Origin: a virus
Taxonomy: Duplodnaviria > Caudoviricetes
Virus record (IMG/VR): IMGVR_UViG_3300020182_000048
Coordinates: 1-52,608 of that record
Reading direction: 5' to 3' (one strand)
DNA length: 52,608 nucleotides
How positions within the stretch are numbered: the stretch's first letter is position 1; every line of letters starts with the position of its first letter. The notes under the pieces were generated by a model. That model had not been told where the DNA came from. It did not search any database and saw only the letters and a program-made list of their open reading frames with translations. Shown one piece after another: positions 1-7,598 of this stretch. Position numbers and translations under genes: made by a program.

Positions 1-28
1 CGTTTTGTCGATAAACTACAGCCACGGA

Positions 29-799
29 CTAAAGAATATCAGCTACTTGGGAGTCATTGGTCTTTTCAATTAATTTATCAATTGCCTTCCGTTTTATTTC
101 AGAGATTCTAACACCCTTCTTTTTATAAGATCCTTCGATACCTAATATGGCACATATTTCTACAGCATCGTGCTTGTCACAATCAAGACCAAAACTTAGT
201 CTTATTACATCTTGTTCACGCTCTGTTAAATGCTTTTTTAGTAAGGCAAGTATGTACTCATTCATAAGATCCACATTGTACTCAGTAGAGTCATCTTCTA
301 TCTCAATTACTGATCCGCTATCATCATCACTATTCATTGTAAAATCACCTAAATACATCGACTTAGATTTGCTTAGCAAATTATTAATTGCAGGATTGTT
401 AGAGCTTTTGCGCACTTCATTGATCTTCCACTCAGGAATTTTAATATCTCCCATGTTATGATTAATGTAGCGCCTAATCGTGCCCTTAATTCGCTTTGAT
501 AGGAAACTCTTAATAGTTTGTTCTATGTTGTTAGAACTGTTTAAAACTTCCCAGTCAATCTTATCTACAGCTTTTATTAAGCCAATGTGACCTGCTTGTA
601 TCAGATCGTTAATTGATAGCACTCCTATGGCTTGATGTGATGTTGCAAATTTACGTGCAAGGTTTTCCGTTAAGGGCATGAACTTAGTTATAAGTTGGTC
701 TCGAGTATATTCGTCAAAGAATACACCGGGTAAATTATTTAACGTTTCTTTAAGATCTTTTTGGTATCTTACATAGTTGTCGATATTATATTTTTTCAT
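29..799 (-). CDS. Phage-encoded sigma70-family RNA polymerase sigma factor
   Basis: Region 2-like motif DLIQAGHIGLIKAVDK and region 4-like LTEREQDVIRLSFGL...RISEIKRKAIDKL; 256 aa. Confidence 0.9.
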   Translation of the reverse strand: MKKYNIDNYVRYQKDLKETLNNLPGVFFDEYTRDQLITKFMPLTENLARKFATSHQAIGVLSINDLIQAGHIGLIKAVDKIDWEVLNSSNNIEQTIKSFLSKRIKGTIRRYINHNMGDIKIPEWKINEVRKSSNNPAINNLLSKSKSMYLGDFTMNSDDDSGSVIEIEDDSTEYNVDLMNEYILALLKKHLTEREQDVIRLSFGLDCDKHDAVEICAILGIEGSYKKKGVRISEIKRKAIDKLIEKTNDSQVADIL

Positions 800-920
800 T
801 GTTTATTTTTTTGTATGCTTCTGTCATAGCTTGATGATTAGAGTAGTACTTATTTTGAATCTTAAGCATCCACTCATTAAATTTATCTACTTCTTTAATT
901 GGCTCGTCGGGTTTATTCAT
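786..920 (-). CDS. Hypothetical 44-aa protein (MNKPDEPIKEVDKFNEWMLKIQ...)
   Basis: Hand-translated; lies just downstream of promoter motif 944-975 and overlaps the sigma start. Confidence 0.55.
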   Translation of the reverse strand: MNKPDEPIKEVDKFNEWMLKIQNKYYSNHQAMTEAYKKINNEKI

Positions 921-932
921 AAATGTATAGCA

Positions 933-1091
933 TTATTTGAAAGTATTATCTTTTGTTGATCGTAATTGGTCTGCATTCTTGTATGGACAGTGCTTGCAAC
1001 CATTATCACAACAATATCCTCTTTTAATATGATACGCTTCAGTGAAGCATCGATAACCTTCTTCTGTTATGTAATAATCTTTTTCTTCCAT
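933..1091 (-). CDS. Small Cys-rich protein, DUF5522-like (52 aa)
   Basis: Hand-translated MEEKDYYITEEGYRCFTEAYHIKRGYCCDNGCKHCPY...; RGYCCxNGCxHCPY signature. Confidence 0.75.
   Translation of the reverse strand: MEEKDYYITEEGYRCFTEAYHIKRGYCCDNGCKHCPYKNADQLRSTKDNTFK
944..975 (-). promoter_or_regulatory. Early promoter-like motif copy 1 (TGCAGAC-N4-YACG-N10-GATAATA)
   Basis: Plus strand tattatc-ttttgttgat-cgt-aattg-gtctgca; spacing identical to 12 other copies. Confidence 0.75.
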
Positions 1092-1126
1092 AATTTATTT
1101 TTTAAACTTTAGCATAATACCATGCG

Positions 1127-1154
1127 AGTTTGTCGTAAAAACGTGTGATTATAT
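1127..1154 (+). promoter_or_regulatory. Late-type promoter-like motif, antisense to early genes
   Basis: AGTTTG-N12-GTGATTATAT; same architecture as the four motifs upstream of late genes. Confidence 0.5.
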
Positions 1155-1231
1155 ACGTATACTGAAACACTTTAAATTTTAGTTTAATCTTTTATTTTTA
1201 ACTAAAAATAATAACTTGTAGTTTAAGCATC

Positions 1232-1480
1232 CTATATGTCACGGCCTGGGTTATTTTTATTTGTTAACGACTGGATCTGTTTAAAAACATTAGCAGCTCT
1301 AGTATAGTCTTCTTGCTTCTCGTAATGCAATAGTAACATTTGCAGCTCTGCTATTTGTTCTTCATTACTTGGTAAGCTATCAACAAATTCTTCGTTGAAG
1401 GCTATTGTATCCGCTTCTATTTTGGCAAATATTCTATTCGATATCATATCTGCGATCTTCTCCATTTCTTCTTCTGTCAT
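1232..1480 (-). CDS. Hypothetical protein with UvrB/UvrC (UVR)-like C-terminal motif
   Basis: LLHYEKQEDYTRAANVFKQIQSL resembles the UVR coiled-coil motif. Confidence 0.55.
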   Translation of the reverse strand: MTEEEMEKIADMISNRIFAKIEADTIAFNEEFVDSLPSNEEQIAELQMLLLHYEKQEDYTRAANVFKQIQSLTNKNNPGRDI

Positions 1481-1483
1481 ACT

Positions 1484-1759
1484 TTAATTTAAGTTAGTTA
1501 ACTGGTATTCACCAGATAGTATTTTATCTCGGGTTAAATCGACACCTTCTCCTAAGAAATCACGCCTGTACTCAGCTGTGGTTTTAGAATAGTCCCATGT
1601 GTTCTCGTCAAGTTGTACCTTGCCATTGTGATCACGGAAAGCAACCGTACTGTTGTAACTTTGAAAGTACGTGCCATCAGACGTGTATAGCAAGAATTGA
1701 TTAGGGGCAGGATTGCCACCCCTAGTTGTCATCTGTCTTACTCTAGGCTTCATCTTCAT
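1484..1759 (-). CDS. Conserved-type phage early protein
   Basis: FQSYNSTVA...WDYSKTT..Y...FL pattern recalled from phage early proteins; 91 aa. Confidence 0.7.
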   Translation of the reverse strand: MKMKPRVRQMTTRGGNPAPNQFLLYTSDGTYFQSYNSTVAFRDHNGKVQLDENTWDYSKTTAEYRRDFLGEGVDLTRDKILSGEYQLTNLN

Positions 1760-2108
1760 CTTCTATTATGTTAAACAAATCTTCTAGCTTAGAATAGATC
1801 TCATCACCTATATCGTGTGTATGATTGAACTCGATGTTTTCTAATGATATTCTATTATCATAATCTAAGTTAAACTCGTAGTCATAGGCATTGCAATCAG
1901 TAAAATCTATATTGCCAATAGCTTCTTCAACAGCCTCGCTTAGTTCGTCTAAGAATTTTTTAGTTACTTTAGGTCTGTCTACAACTGCAAGCCGTTGCTC
2001 AGCATCCGCTAGATCTTTCTGTAGCATTTCAGCATCGTTATTAAACGTTGTAATAGCTGCCGTTAATTCTTTTACTTTTCTTTGTAATTCTTCTTTAGTC
2101 ATTTCCAT
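1743..2108 (-). CDS. Hypothetical protein, N-terminal coiled coil and acidic C-terminus
   Basis: 121-aa ORF directly downstream of promoter motif 2138-2169. Confidence 0.75.
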   Translation of the reverse strand: MEMTKEELQRKVKELTAAITTFNNDAEMLQKDLADAEQRLAVVDRPKVTKKFLDELSEAVEEAIGNIDFTDCNAYDYEFNLDYDNRISLENIEFNHTHDIGDEIYSKLEDLFNIIEDEDEA

Positions 2109-2137
2109 ATTATATTTATTTAGTTATTATTCAATTG

Positions 2138-2169
2138 TATTATCTATTAGTGATCGTGTTTAGTCTGTA
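2138..2169 (-). promoter_or_regulatory. Early promoter-like motif copy 2
   Basis: tattatc-N10-cgt-N5-gtctgta. Confidence 0.7.
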
Positions 2170-2387
2170 AGTTTAAATTCAAACTTCATTCGTATGTGTT
2201 TACTTACAAAGCTACCGACTGAATGTGCAGTCTGTAATCCACGCCATACGTGGGTTGGTACATCAAAGTAAGTGTAAGTCGCACCGCGATTAAACATTAC
2301 CATTAGTTCTTCTTCTCGGTGTTTATACTGTGCATAGACTACCGCTTCTGATTCTACGATCAGGATCTCTTTAGTTACTTTACTCAT
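2160..2387 (-). CDS. KTSC-domain protein
   Basis: Y...EELMVMFNRGATYTYFDVP..VW..L..A.SVGSF..KHIR is the KTSC pattern; start placed at MSKVT, right after the upstream stop. Confidence 0.85.
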   Translation of the reverse strand: MSKVTKEILIVESEAVVYAQYKHREEELMVMFNRGATYTYFDVPTHVWRGLQTAHSVGSFVSKHIRMKFEFKLTD

Positions 2388-2388
2388 A

Positions 2389-2538
2389 TTAGTATTTATA
2401 TTTAATATCACTTACTTCTCGTACTATTATTTCGTGTGAATGATCGCAATACATTATTGCCCATTGTCTAGCTTCGTCTAGTGTTTTTGCTAGTATGAAT
2501 GTAACTTCATCTGCATTGTAGATCATGAATTTACTCAT
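2389..2538 (-). CDS. Hypothetical 49-aa protein
   Basis: Hand-translated MSKFMIYNADEVTFILAKTLDEARQWAI...; packed tightly against neighbours. Confidence 0.6.
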   Translation of the reverse strand: MSKFMIYNADEVTFILAKTLDEARQWAIMYCDHSHEIIVREVSDIKYKY

Positions 2539-2671
2539 CGAGTTTTATTTTTACATAGGTTAATCCGTCATATCCGGATGCACTCCATTGAAATAATTGG
2601 TTTGGTGTTAAGTTGCATGCTAGCGATTCTAATTCTTCGATAGGCATAAGGTCAATTTGCTTTGCAGTCAT
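2531..2671 (-). CDS. Hypothetical 46-aa protein
   Basis: Hand-translated MTAKQIDLMPIEELESLACNL...; TAACTATG start context shared with other early genes. Confidence 0.6.
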   Translation of the reverse strand: MTAKQIDLMPIEELESLACNLTPNQLFQWSASGYDGLTYVKIKLDE

Positions 2672-2692
2672 AGTTATTTAGTTTAATATTAG

Positions 2693-2748
2693 TAACCGCA
2701 AGGAGATTCGAACTCCTTCACCCGTCAGTGGCGTTCCTTTCGCGGTTA
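2693..2748 (-). ncRNA. Minimal tRNA-like element (acceptor stem plus canonical T arm, no D stem)
   Basis: TAACCGCG-AAAGGAA-CGCC[ACTGACG]GGTG-A-AGGAG[TTCGAAT]CTCCT-TGCGGTTA. Confidence 0.65.
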
Positions 2749-2785
2749 TCAGCTATTACGTGATCATGAATCGTATCTTTCGCCT

Positions 2786-2859
2786 AGTAGTTATCTTCCA
2801 TCTAACAACGGACTTGCACCGTGCCGGGAGTTAATTAAATTCCCGCTCGTGATACTACT
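2786..2859 (-). ncRNA. Unrecognised structured RNA, tandem copy A
   Basis: Closing stem AGTAGTATC/GATAACTACT, hairpin GGGAATT/AACTCCC, T-loop-like hairpin ACGG-TGCAAGT-CCGT. Confidence 0.65.
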
Positions 2860-2860
2860 T

Positions 2861-2961
2861 AGTAGTTATTTTCCTGTATATGCTAGGTATACCTAGATTT
2901 ACCTCAGGATCGGACTTGCACCGTGCCGACGGCTAATTACGCCGCCGCTCGTAATACTACT
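2861..2961 (-). ncRNA. Unrecognised structured RNA, tandem copy B
   Basis: Closing stem AGTAGTATT/AATAACTACT, hairpin GGCGGC/GCCGTC, identical GGCACGGTGCAAGTCCG core, extra arm TCCTG...CTAGGTATACCTAG...CAGGA. Confidence 0.65.
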
Positions 2962-3176
2962 TATTTTAGTTTTTTATACCACATTTTAAACAGTCTGCCA
3001 ATAGTAGGCCACATAAAGTAAAATGGTAGTACAACGTTTAGTAATAACTTTTTCTTAGTGGTTATACACATATCATCCCAATCGTCGTGGTATATCGCAT
3101 TTATATCAACCATTATAGCGGATATTAAAATAGTCCAGTTAACAATATATAGTGCTTTTATAAAAAATATTATCAT
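2961..3176 (-). CDS. Small membrane protein
   Basis: 71 aa with two hydrophobic segments. Confidence 0.65.
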   Translation of the reverse strand: MIIFFIKALYIVNWTILISAIMVDINAIYHDDWDDMCITTKKKLLLNVVLPFYFMWPTIGRLFKMWYKKLK

Positions 3177-3194
3177 AGTTTTTTAGGTTTTAGG

Positions 3195-3677
3195 TTAGTC
3201 AAACTGATCCGTTGAAGTGTATAGCATTTCAACTTTAGGGTTAGCGCAATGTGCTTTTTCATTTACATAGTAATTACGATAAGCAGCTACGGAATCGCCT
3301 GAAACTTTATACTCGTCTGGCATACATTGAGGCATTTCAGTCAAGCCGGTATTAAAGATCGGACCAGGTGTTTGAGACAGTATGTTCTCGCACTTGATTA
3401 TAGTCAGGTGTTTTTTACCGTAGCGCTTAGTATATTCATTGCCAAGAGCTAACATGTGGAAGTATAGCCATGCGTAGTTTTGTACAGATTGTCTCGTCCA
3501 CACAGCACTCGGATGGTTTTTGTGTGTTAGTTTGTAGGGGACATCTATCTCACTATCTAGCATGTGATGAGCTGAACACAGTAGCTGTGCTGACTCAAGT
3601 ATCATCTTGACAACGTGTTTATTGTATTGTTTTTGTGCAGCGATAACTGGATCGCTATGTAAATAAAATATATTCAT
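3195..3677 (-). CDS. Pyrimidine-dimer DNA glycosylase / endonuclease V (DenV-like) family protein
   Basis: MNIFYL...A....KHVVKMILESAQLL...YK.THKNHPSAVW...EY..RYGK.H signature. Confidence 0.85.
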   Translation of the reverse strand: MNIFYLHSDPVIAAQKQYNKHVVKMILESAQLLCSAHHMLDSEIDVPYKLTHKNHPSAVWTRQSVQNYAWLYFHMLALGNEYTKRYGKKHLTIIKCENILSQTPGPIFNTGLTEMPQCMPDEYKVSGDSVAAYRNYYVNEKAHCANPKVEMLYTSTDQFD

Positions 3678-3702
3678 AGTTATTAGATTTTGTATTCAGT
3701 TA

Positions 3703-3734
3703 TATTATCATTAGGTAGACGTAATTAGTCTGCA
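3703..3734 (-). promoter_or_regulatory. Early promoter-like motif copy 3
   Basis: tattatc-attaggtaga-cgt-aatta-gtctgca. Confidence 0.75.
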
Positions 3735-4084
3735 ACTGGTATTACTTTGTTAGCTACATTGTCATATATTGCTAATTGTTTGTTAAATTTAGCTATTTTC
3801 ATCGCTTTTTTGAGATCGCTTACACTTAAGCCGTAGTCAAGAAAGTATATATCGTCTTCACTTAGCCAACCACCTAGTAATTCGTGATCACTGTTGAATG
3901 CCTCGTCTACTATTTGCCATGTATTTTTTGAAAATAGCGATGGATTTGCAGTTTTAAGTACATTTTGTGTGCTTACAGTGTAGCGCTCTAGTCTTGTGCG
4001 GTTTATATTGTGAGTGAAATCTGCTTTTGCATTAATTTTGTTAACAACATCTTGTTGCGGTGATATTTCAATTATTCTTCCCAT
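3725..4084 (-). CDS. Putative SAM lyase/hydrolase-like protein
   Basis: C-terminal LGGW....YFLD......KAMKIAKFNKQLAIYD resembles phage SAMase-like proteins. Confidence 0.45.
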   Translation of the reverse strand: MGRIIEISPQQDVVNKINAKADFTHNINRTRLERYTVSTQNVLKTANPSLFSKNTWQIVDEAFNSDHELLGGWLSEDDIYFLDYGLSVSDLKKAMKIAKFNKQLAIYDNVANKVIPVAD

Positions 4085-4277
4085 AGTACATTTTTTTAAC
4101 TACATTGTTATAAACGTATTGTCGGCGATCCGTCCACTCGTCGCCCTCGCAATCGCCTATTATAGTGTTGCCCTCCATCTGCCAGTCGATTGTGTTAAGT
4201 ATGTGATCTTCTAGGTAAAATAGTATGCGGTCAACGACCTCATCTAGTTCGTTATTTAATTCGAGTTCAGGTTTCAT
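4068..4277 (-). CDS. Acidic hypothetical protein
   Basis: 69-aa ORF in the early operon. Confidence 0.65.
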   Translation of the reverse strand: MKPELELNNELDEVVDRILFYLEDHILNTIDWQMEGNTIIGDCEGDEWTDRRQYVYNNVVKKMYYGKNN

Positions 4278-4280
4278 AAG

Positions 4281-4346
4281 TTAATTGCGTATAGCATACG
4301 CGGCAGCAGCAGCGCATTGAGTTAATATTTTTTTCAGTTTTCTCAT
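4281..4346 (-). CDS. 21-aa micropeptide MRKLKKILTQCAAAAAYAIRN
   Basis: TAACTATG start; fills the gap between neighbours exactly; paralog at 9325-9390. Confidence 0.6.
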   Translation of the reverse strand: MRKLKKILTQCAAAAAYAIRN

Positions 4347-4348
4347 AG

Positions 4349-4528
4349 TTATGCTTTTATGTAGGTTAAACCTTTGTAGTTGAACCAGTTAGATATTCCT
4401 TCTTTTTCTCCGTCGTCAGAGACTTTAAAGCCGAAGCTTGGTGGTAATGCACCTACAGTGTAAGGTCGGTACTTAACGCCGTCTAGTGTGATAGTTCGGT
4501 TTTGTCGGTTGTATTTGAATGACTTCAT
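4349..4528 (-). CDS. Hypothetical protein
   Basis: ORF track 4349..4555; likely start at MKSFKY right after the upstream stop. Confidence 0.65.
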   Translation of the reverse strand: MKSFKYNRQNRTITLDGVKYRPYTVGALPPSFGFKVSDDGEKEGISNWFNYKGLTYIKA

Positions 4529-4529
4529 A

Positions 4530-4733
4530 TTATTCTTCGTTTTTATAGTGTTCAATTATTCCTGCTATTTCGTAATCCATATTCACTAGCTCGTCTGCTA
4601 GTCTTATCAGTTTCTTAAATCCGTTCAGCTCGTAGCTGCTGAAGTCATAGACATCATCGTTTTCGATCGCTCTCACGCAATCTTGTAGGTCTTGTGCAGT
4701 GTTTTCAAACCTGCAGTAGCTCATATTTCCCAT
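4530..4733 (-). CDS. Conserved-type phage protein (NMSYCRFENT motif)
   Basis: N-terminal MGNMSYCRFENT..DL.DC, recalled as a recurring phage early-protein motif. Confidence 0.7.
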   Translation of the reverse strand: MGNMSYCRFENTAQDLQDCVRAIENDDVYDFSSYELNGFKKLIRLADELVNMDYEIAGIIEHYKNEE

Positions 4734-4734
4734 G

Positions 4735-4935
4735 TTATTTGGTTTTTAGTTGTTCGCGTATAGCAAGTAACGCTAGCTTGTAGCCATACTGCTTTGACAT
4801 TTGCATTAATAAAAAATCGTTGCTTCCTTGGTTAGCGTCGGTAAATCGATCTAGGTAATCTTCGTCAGGTGTAGCTACAATGCCACGGCCTAATTTTGCT
4901 AATTCTACTTCGATAAAGGTGTTTACATTTTTCAT
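4735..4935 (-). CDS. Hypothetical protein
   Basis: 66-aa ORF, operon-packed. Confidence 0.7.
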   Translation of the reverse strand: MKNVNTFIEVELAKLGRGIVATPDEDYLDRFTDANQGSNDFLLMQMSKQYGYKLALLAIREQLKTK

Positions 4936-4945
4936 AGTTATATAT

Positions 4946-5278
4946 TTAATAGTTTACATCAGTTCCTGGATATTCTTTTACAATTCGTTTTGCAACTTCT
5001 TCTTCTATCTGGCGTATTATGTCAGCTTCCCAGGTTACGAAGGAGTTACCGTATAGTTGAGTGTATAATTCTTTGAACCCTACGTACTTGCATCGCTTGT
5101 TGTTAACATAGAACTCAAGTTCCGTGTCATTTATATCCGCTCCCCAATCCGTTTTTACAGCGGAATATAGGAATGAGTGGGTTGTGGCGTTCACAGTAAA
5201 TATACCGAGGTCGATATAGCTGTGGTGCATAAGGTTTGTACTTTTATTTACTTCGGCAATTTTTACTTTGTATTTCAT
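4946..5278 (-). CDS. Hypothetical protein
   Basis: 110-aa ORF, TAACTATG start context. Confidence 0.7.
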   Translation of the reverse strand: MKYKVKIAEVNKSTNLMHHSYIDLGIFTVNATTHSFLYSAVKTDWGADINDTELEFYVNNKRCKYVGFKELYTQLYGNSFVTWEADIIRQIEEEVAKRIVKEYPGTDVNY

Positions 5279-5283
5279 AGTTA

Positions 5284-5439
5284 TTAGTATTTAGTGTTAA
5301 TTCCTTCAGCGAAGGATTTGTTAGTTAATTCAGTGCACATAGTGTATAGATCACAGCGTAGTAGTACTTGATCGCTATCCGGTAATAATTCGTTAATTCG
5401 CTTGAAAGAACGTTGTAATGGCGATAATTCTTTAGTCAT
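5284..5439 (-). CDS. Hypothetical 51-aa protein
   Basis: Hand-translated MTKELSPLQRSFKRINELLPDSDQ...; first ORF after promoter 5465-5496. Confidence 0.65.
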   Translation of the reverse strand: MTKELSPLQRSFKRINELLPDSDQVLLRCDLYTMCTELTNKSFAEGINTKY

Positions 5440-5464
5440 AGTTATATATTTTTAGTTACATTTA

Positions 5465-5496
5465 TATTATCTTTTGCAGTGCGTATTTCGTCTGCA
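5465..5496 (-). promoter_or_regulatory. Early promoter-like motif copy 4
   Basis: tattatc-ttttgcagtg-cgt-atttc-gtctgca. Confidence 0.75.
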
Positions 5497-5790
5497 AGGC
5501 TCCGCATGTTCGTCACGAGACGAGATCGCAGAGTGGTATGCCCACATACAACTGTTTATAAAGCAGTGCTCGGGTACATTTTTTTGCTCGTAAGCGAAGG
5601 TGTATAGCATTTGCTTATAAAACGCTGTTAAACCTTTATCACTTACACACCACGATTTCTTAAAGCACTCGTACTCATCGCCTTGCATAAAGTTTAATCC
5701 CATTACTTTTCCGTCGCGGTCATACTCTATGTACATCCATCTGTCGTTGTCATCGCACCATTGGTGCACTACTCTATCTAGTTCTTGCAT
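5467..5790 (-). CDS. Hypothetical protein
   Basis: 107-aa ORF whose 3' end contains the promoter motif. Confidence 0.7.
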   Translation of the reverse strand: MQELDRVVHQWCDDNDRWMYIEYDRDGKVMGLNFMQGDEYECFKKSWCVSDKGLTAFYKQMLYTFAYEQKNVPEHCFINSCMWAYHSAISSRDEHAEPCRRNTHCKR

Positions 5791-5802
5791 AATTATTATA
5801 TT

Positions 5803-6189
5803 TTAGTCGTTAGTTATTGTGATTAAATTCCAGTTTTTAGAGCCAAGGCGGCTTAGGTGAGAACACCCTTTTTCAATGCAGAATACTTCTCTGCCCGCGT
5901 CGTTAGTTATAAGAAATCCACTGCCAGCATCGCGAAGCGTAACTTCGTACAGTTTAGTGGGTGTTATATTGGGTGTACCGCTAGCAGTAGTGAAAGCATA
6001 GGTTATTTCGATCGGTTTCTCGTCGGGTATTTGGTTGAATAGTTCGTGACGTATATCCTCCATCAGCTCTACGTCGGAGTTGTCCATGTTAAAGTCGTTA
6101 GTCTCGGCTTCGTGGTCAAGTATATCACCCAACAAATCGTGTAGTCGGTGGAATTGTTTTACTGGTAATTTTAGTTTTGCAGTTTGCAT
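5803..6189 (-). CDS. Hypothetical protein, paralog of 7005..7376
   Basis: Shares LPVKQFHRL.DLLGD..D.EAE.N.FNM and ELFNQIPDEK. Confidence 0.8.
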   Translation of the reverse strand: MQTAKLKLPVKQFHRLHDLLGDILDHEAETNDFNMDNSDVELMEDIRHELFNQIPDEKPIEITYAFTTASGTPNITPTKLYEVTLRDAGSGFLITNDAGREVFCIEKGCSHLSRLGSKNWNLITITND

Positions 6190-6217
6190 AGTATATATTG
6201 TTTATTAGTTACATTGT

Positions 6218-6249
6218 TATTATCTATCGGTGGACGTATTTGGTCTGCA
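6218..6249 (-). promoter_or_regulatory. Early promoter-like motif copy 5
   Basis: tattatc-tatcggtgga-cgt-atttg-gtctgca. Confidence 0.75.
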
Positions 6250-6456
6250 AACGTCATCTACTCGCATATCGTTGCTTGCATTGATCGCTTCATAGTAAGG
6301 TGATAACATCCACTCTATTTTAGCTAGATCATGACCCACGTCCCGTAGCATTTTACGGTAATCGTTAGGGTTTTCGCGTATAGCAACCGCATATTTGTAC
6401 GTTGCTTTGTCGTTGTAGTCGAGCACCCATAGGTACATAGTTTCTTTATTTTCCAT
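6220..6456 (-). CDS. Hypothetical protein
   Basis: 78-aa ORF. Confidence 0.7.
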   Translation of the reverse strand: MENKETMYLWVLDYNDKATYKYAVAIRENPNDYRKMLRDVGHDLAKIEWMLSPYYEAINASNDMRVDDVCRPNTSTDR

Positions 6457-6468
6457 AGTTTTATAGTA

Positions 6469-6816
6469 TTATAGGTTAAACATTTCTTTTAGCGATTTAA
6501 CAGCGTCTTTGCGTTTAAGGTTAATATTTTCCTCTTCGTGGGTGTCTAGTTCACCTACAAGATCGTCTAGATGTTCGTACATGTGGTCGAGTGCAACCGC
6601 TAGTACGTTGTGTTCCGTATTCGTTAGTGTAGTTTGACCTATATGTACTTTCAGTTTATTTTGTTCGATAAATTTGTGTAATACTTCATTTATATTACCG
6701 AGTGCACGGTCGATTTCGAAAGATTGTTCAGGTGAAATATCACCGCTATCGAGATCGAAGTCTTCGCATATTCCGCTCCAATCGATTTCTACATATTCTT
6801 CAGTTAAATTCTTCAT
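6469..6816 (-). CDS. Acidic hypothetical protein
   Basis: 115 aa, D/E-rich. Confidence 0.7.
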   Translation of the reverse strand: MKNLTEEYVEIDWSGICEDFDLDSGDISPEQSFEIDRALGNINEVLHKFIEQNKLKVHIGQTTLTNTEHNVLAVALDHMYEHLDDLVGELDTHEEENINLKRKDAVKSLKEMFNL

Positions 6817-6818
6817 AG

Positions 6819-6998
6819 TTATATATATTTTTTTAATTCTTTTCTTACTTTAATTACATCTTCGTCTGATATTTCTTCGTCTAGAAAGCAATTTTCACGT
6901 TGTAGGTACACATCGTATACTATATCGTGAAATCCCTCCCACATTAGGTCGTCCATGCGGTCCGCTATTTCTTTTATTTCTTCGTCAGTTAGTTTCAT
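6819..6998 (-). CDS. Acidic 59-aa protein
   Basis: Hand-translated MKLTDEEIKEIADRMDDLMWEGFHDIVYDVYLQ... Confidence 0.7.
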   Translation of the reverse strand: MKLTDEEIKEIADRMDDLMWEGFHDIVYDVYLQRENCFLDEEISDEDVIKVRKELKKYI

Positions 6999-7004
6999 AG
7001 TTAC

Positions 7005-7376
7005 TTAGTTTTCTACGTTAATAATGGTCCAATCTCTACCGTTTAGGAAAGCACAGTTCTTGAAGAGACAATAGATTACTTCACCGTCTTCGACTTCTAA
7101 TTTGAAACCGTGCTTACTCGTTTTTTCTGTTATTTTATATAGTTTACCCGCTTGTATACTAGGGTTTGACGATCGGCCGGTTACAGCGTAATCAGTGTAG
7201 GTTTTTTCGTCAGGTATTTGGTTGAATAATTCAATCCGTATATCCTCTAAGAATTCGATGTCATTACTCTCCATATTGAAAACGTTAATCTCGGCCTCAT
7301 AGTCAATTAGATCACCTAATAAATCGTATAGTCGGTGGAATTGTTTTACTGGTAATTCTAGTTCTGCTTTTTGCAT
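7005..7376 (-). CDS. Hypothetical protein, paralog of 5803..6189
   Basis: Clear DNA and protein similarity to 5803..6189. Confidence 0.8.
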   Translation of the reverse strand: MQKAELELPVKQFHRLYDLLGDLIDYEAEINVFNMESNDIEFLEDIRIELFNQIPDEKTYTDYAVTGRSSNPSIQAGKLYKITEKTSKHGFKLEVEDGEVIYCLFKNCAFLNGRDWTIINVEN

Positions 7377-7392
7377 AGTATTTATATATTTA

Positions 7393-7569
7393 TTAGTTAT
7401 TATTAGTTAAGTACAGTTCTTTCGGAGGATTTACATCGTTACCTATTTGGTCGTCGATAAAATTTACCCAAGCATCGTGGTCTTCGAATAGTGGTTCTAG
7501 TATAGAATAGTGATTTTCTAGGTCCACTACATTATTAAAATAAATTCGGTTATTAAATGGTTTTTTCAT
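7393..7569 (-). CDS. Hypothetical 58-aa protein
   Basis: Hand-translated MKKPFNNRIYFNNVVDLENH...; first ORF after promoter 7599-7630. Confidence 0.6.
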   Translation of the reverse strand: MKKPFNNRIYFNNVVDLENHYSILEPLFEDHDAWVNFIDDQIGNDVNPPKELYLTNNN

Positions 7570-7598
7570 ATTATATAGTTATTATTTGTATTCACATT

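Noticed and set aside
2693-2748. Functional tRNA-Ser(TGA)
   Set aside because: No D stem, no U33 or purine 37, no long variable arm, and too short.
2786-2961. Cobalamin or FMN riboswitch
   Set aside because: Only the T-loop hairpin matches; the other conserved elements and a relevant downstream gene are missing.
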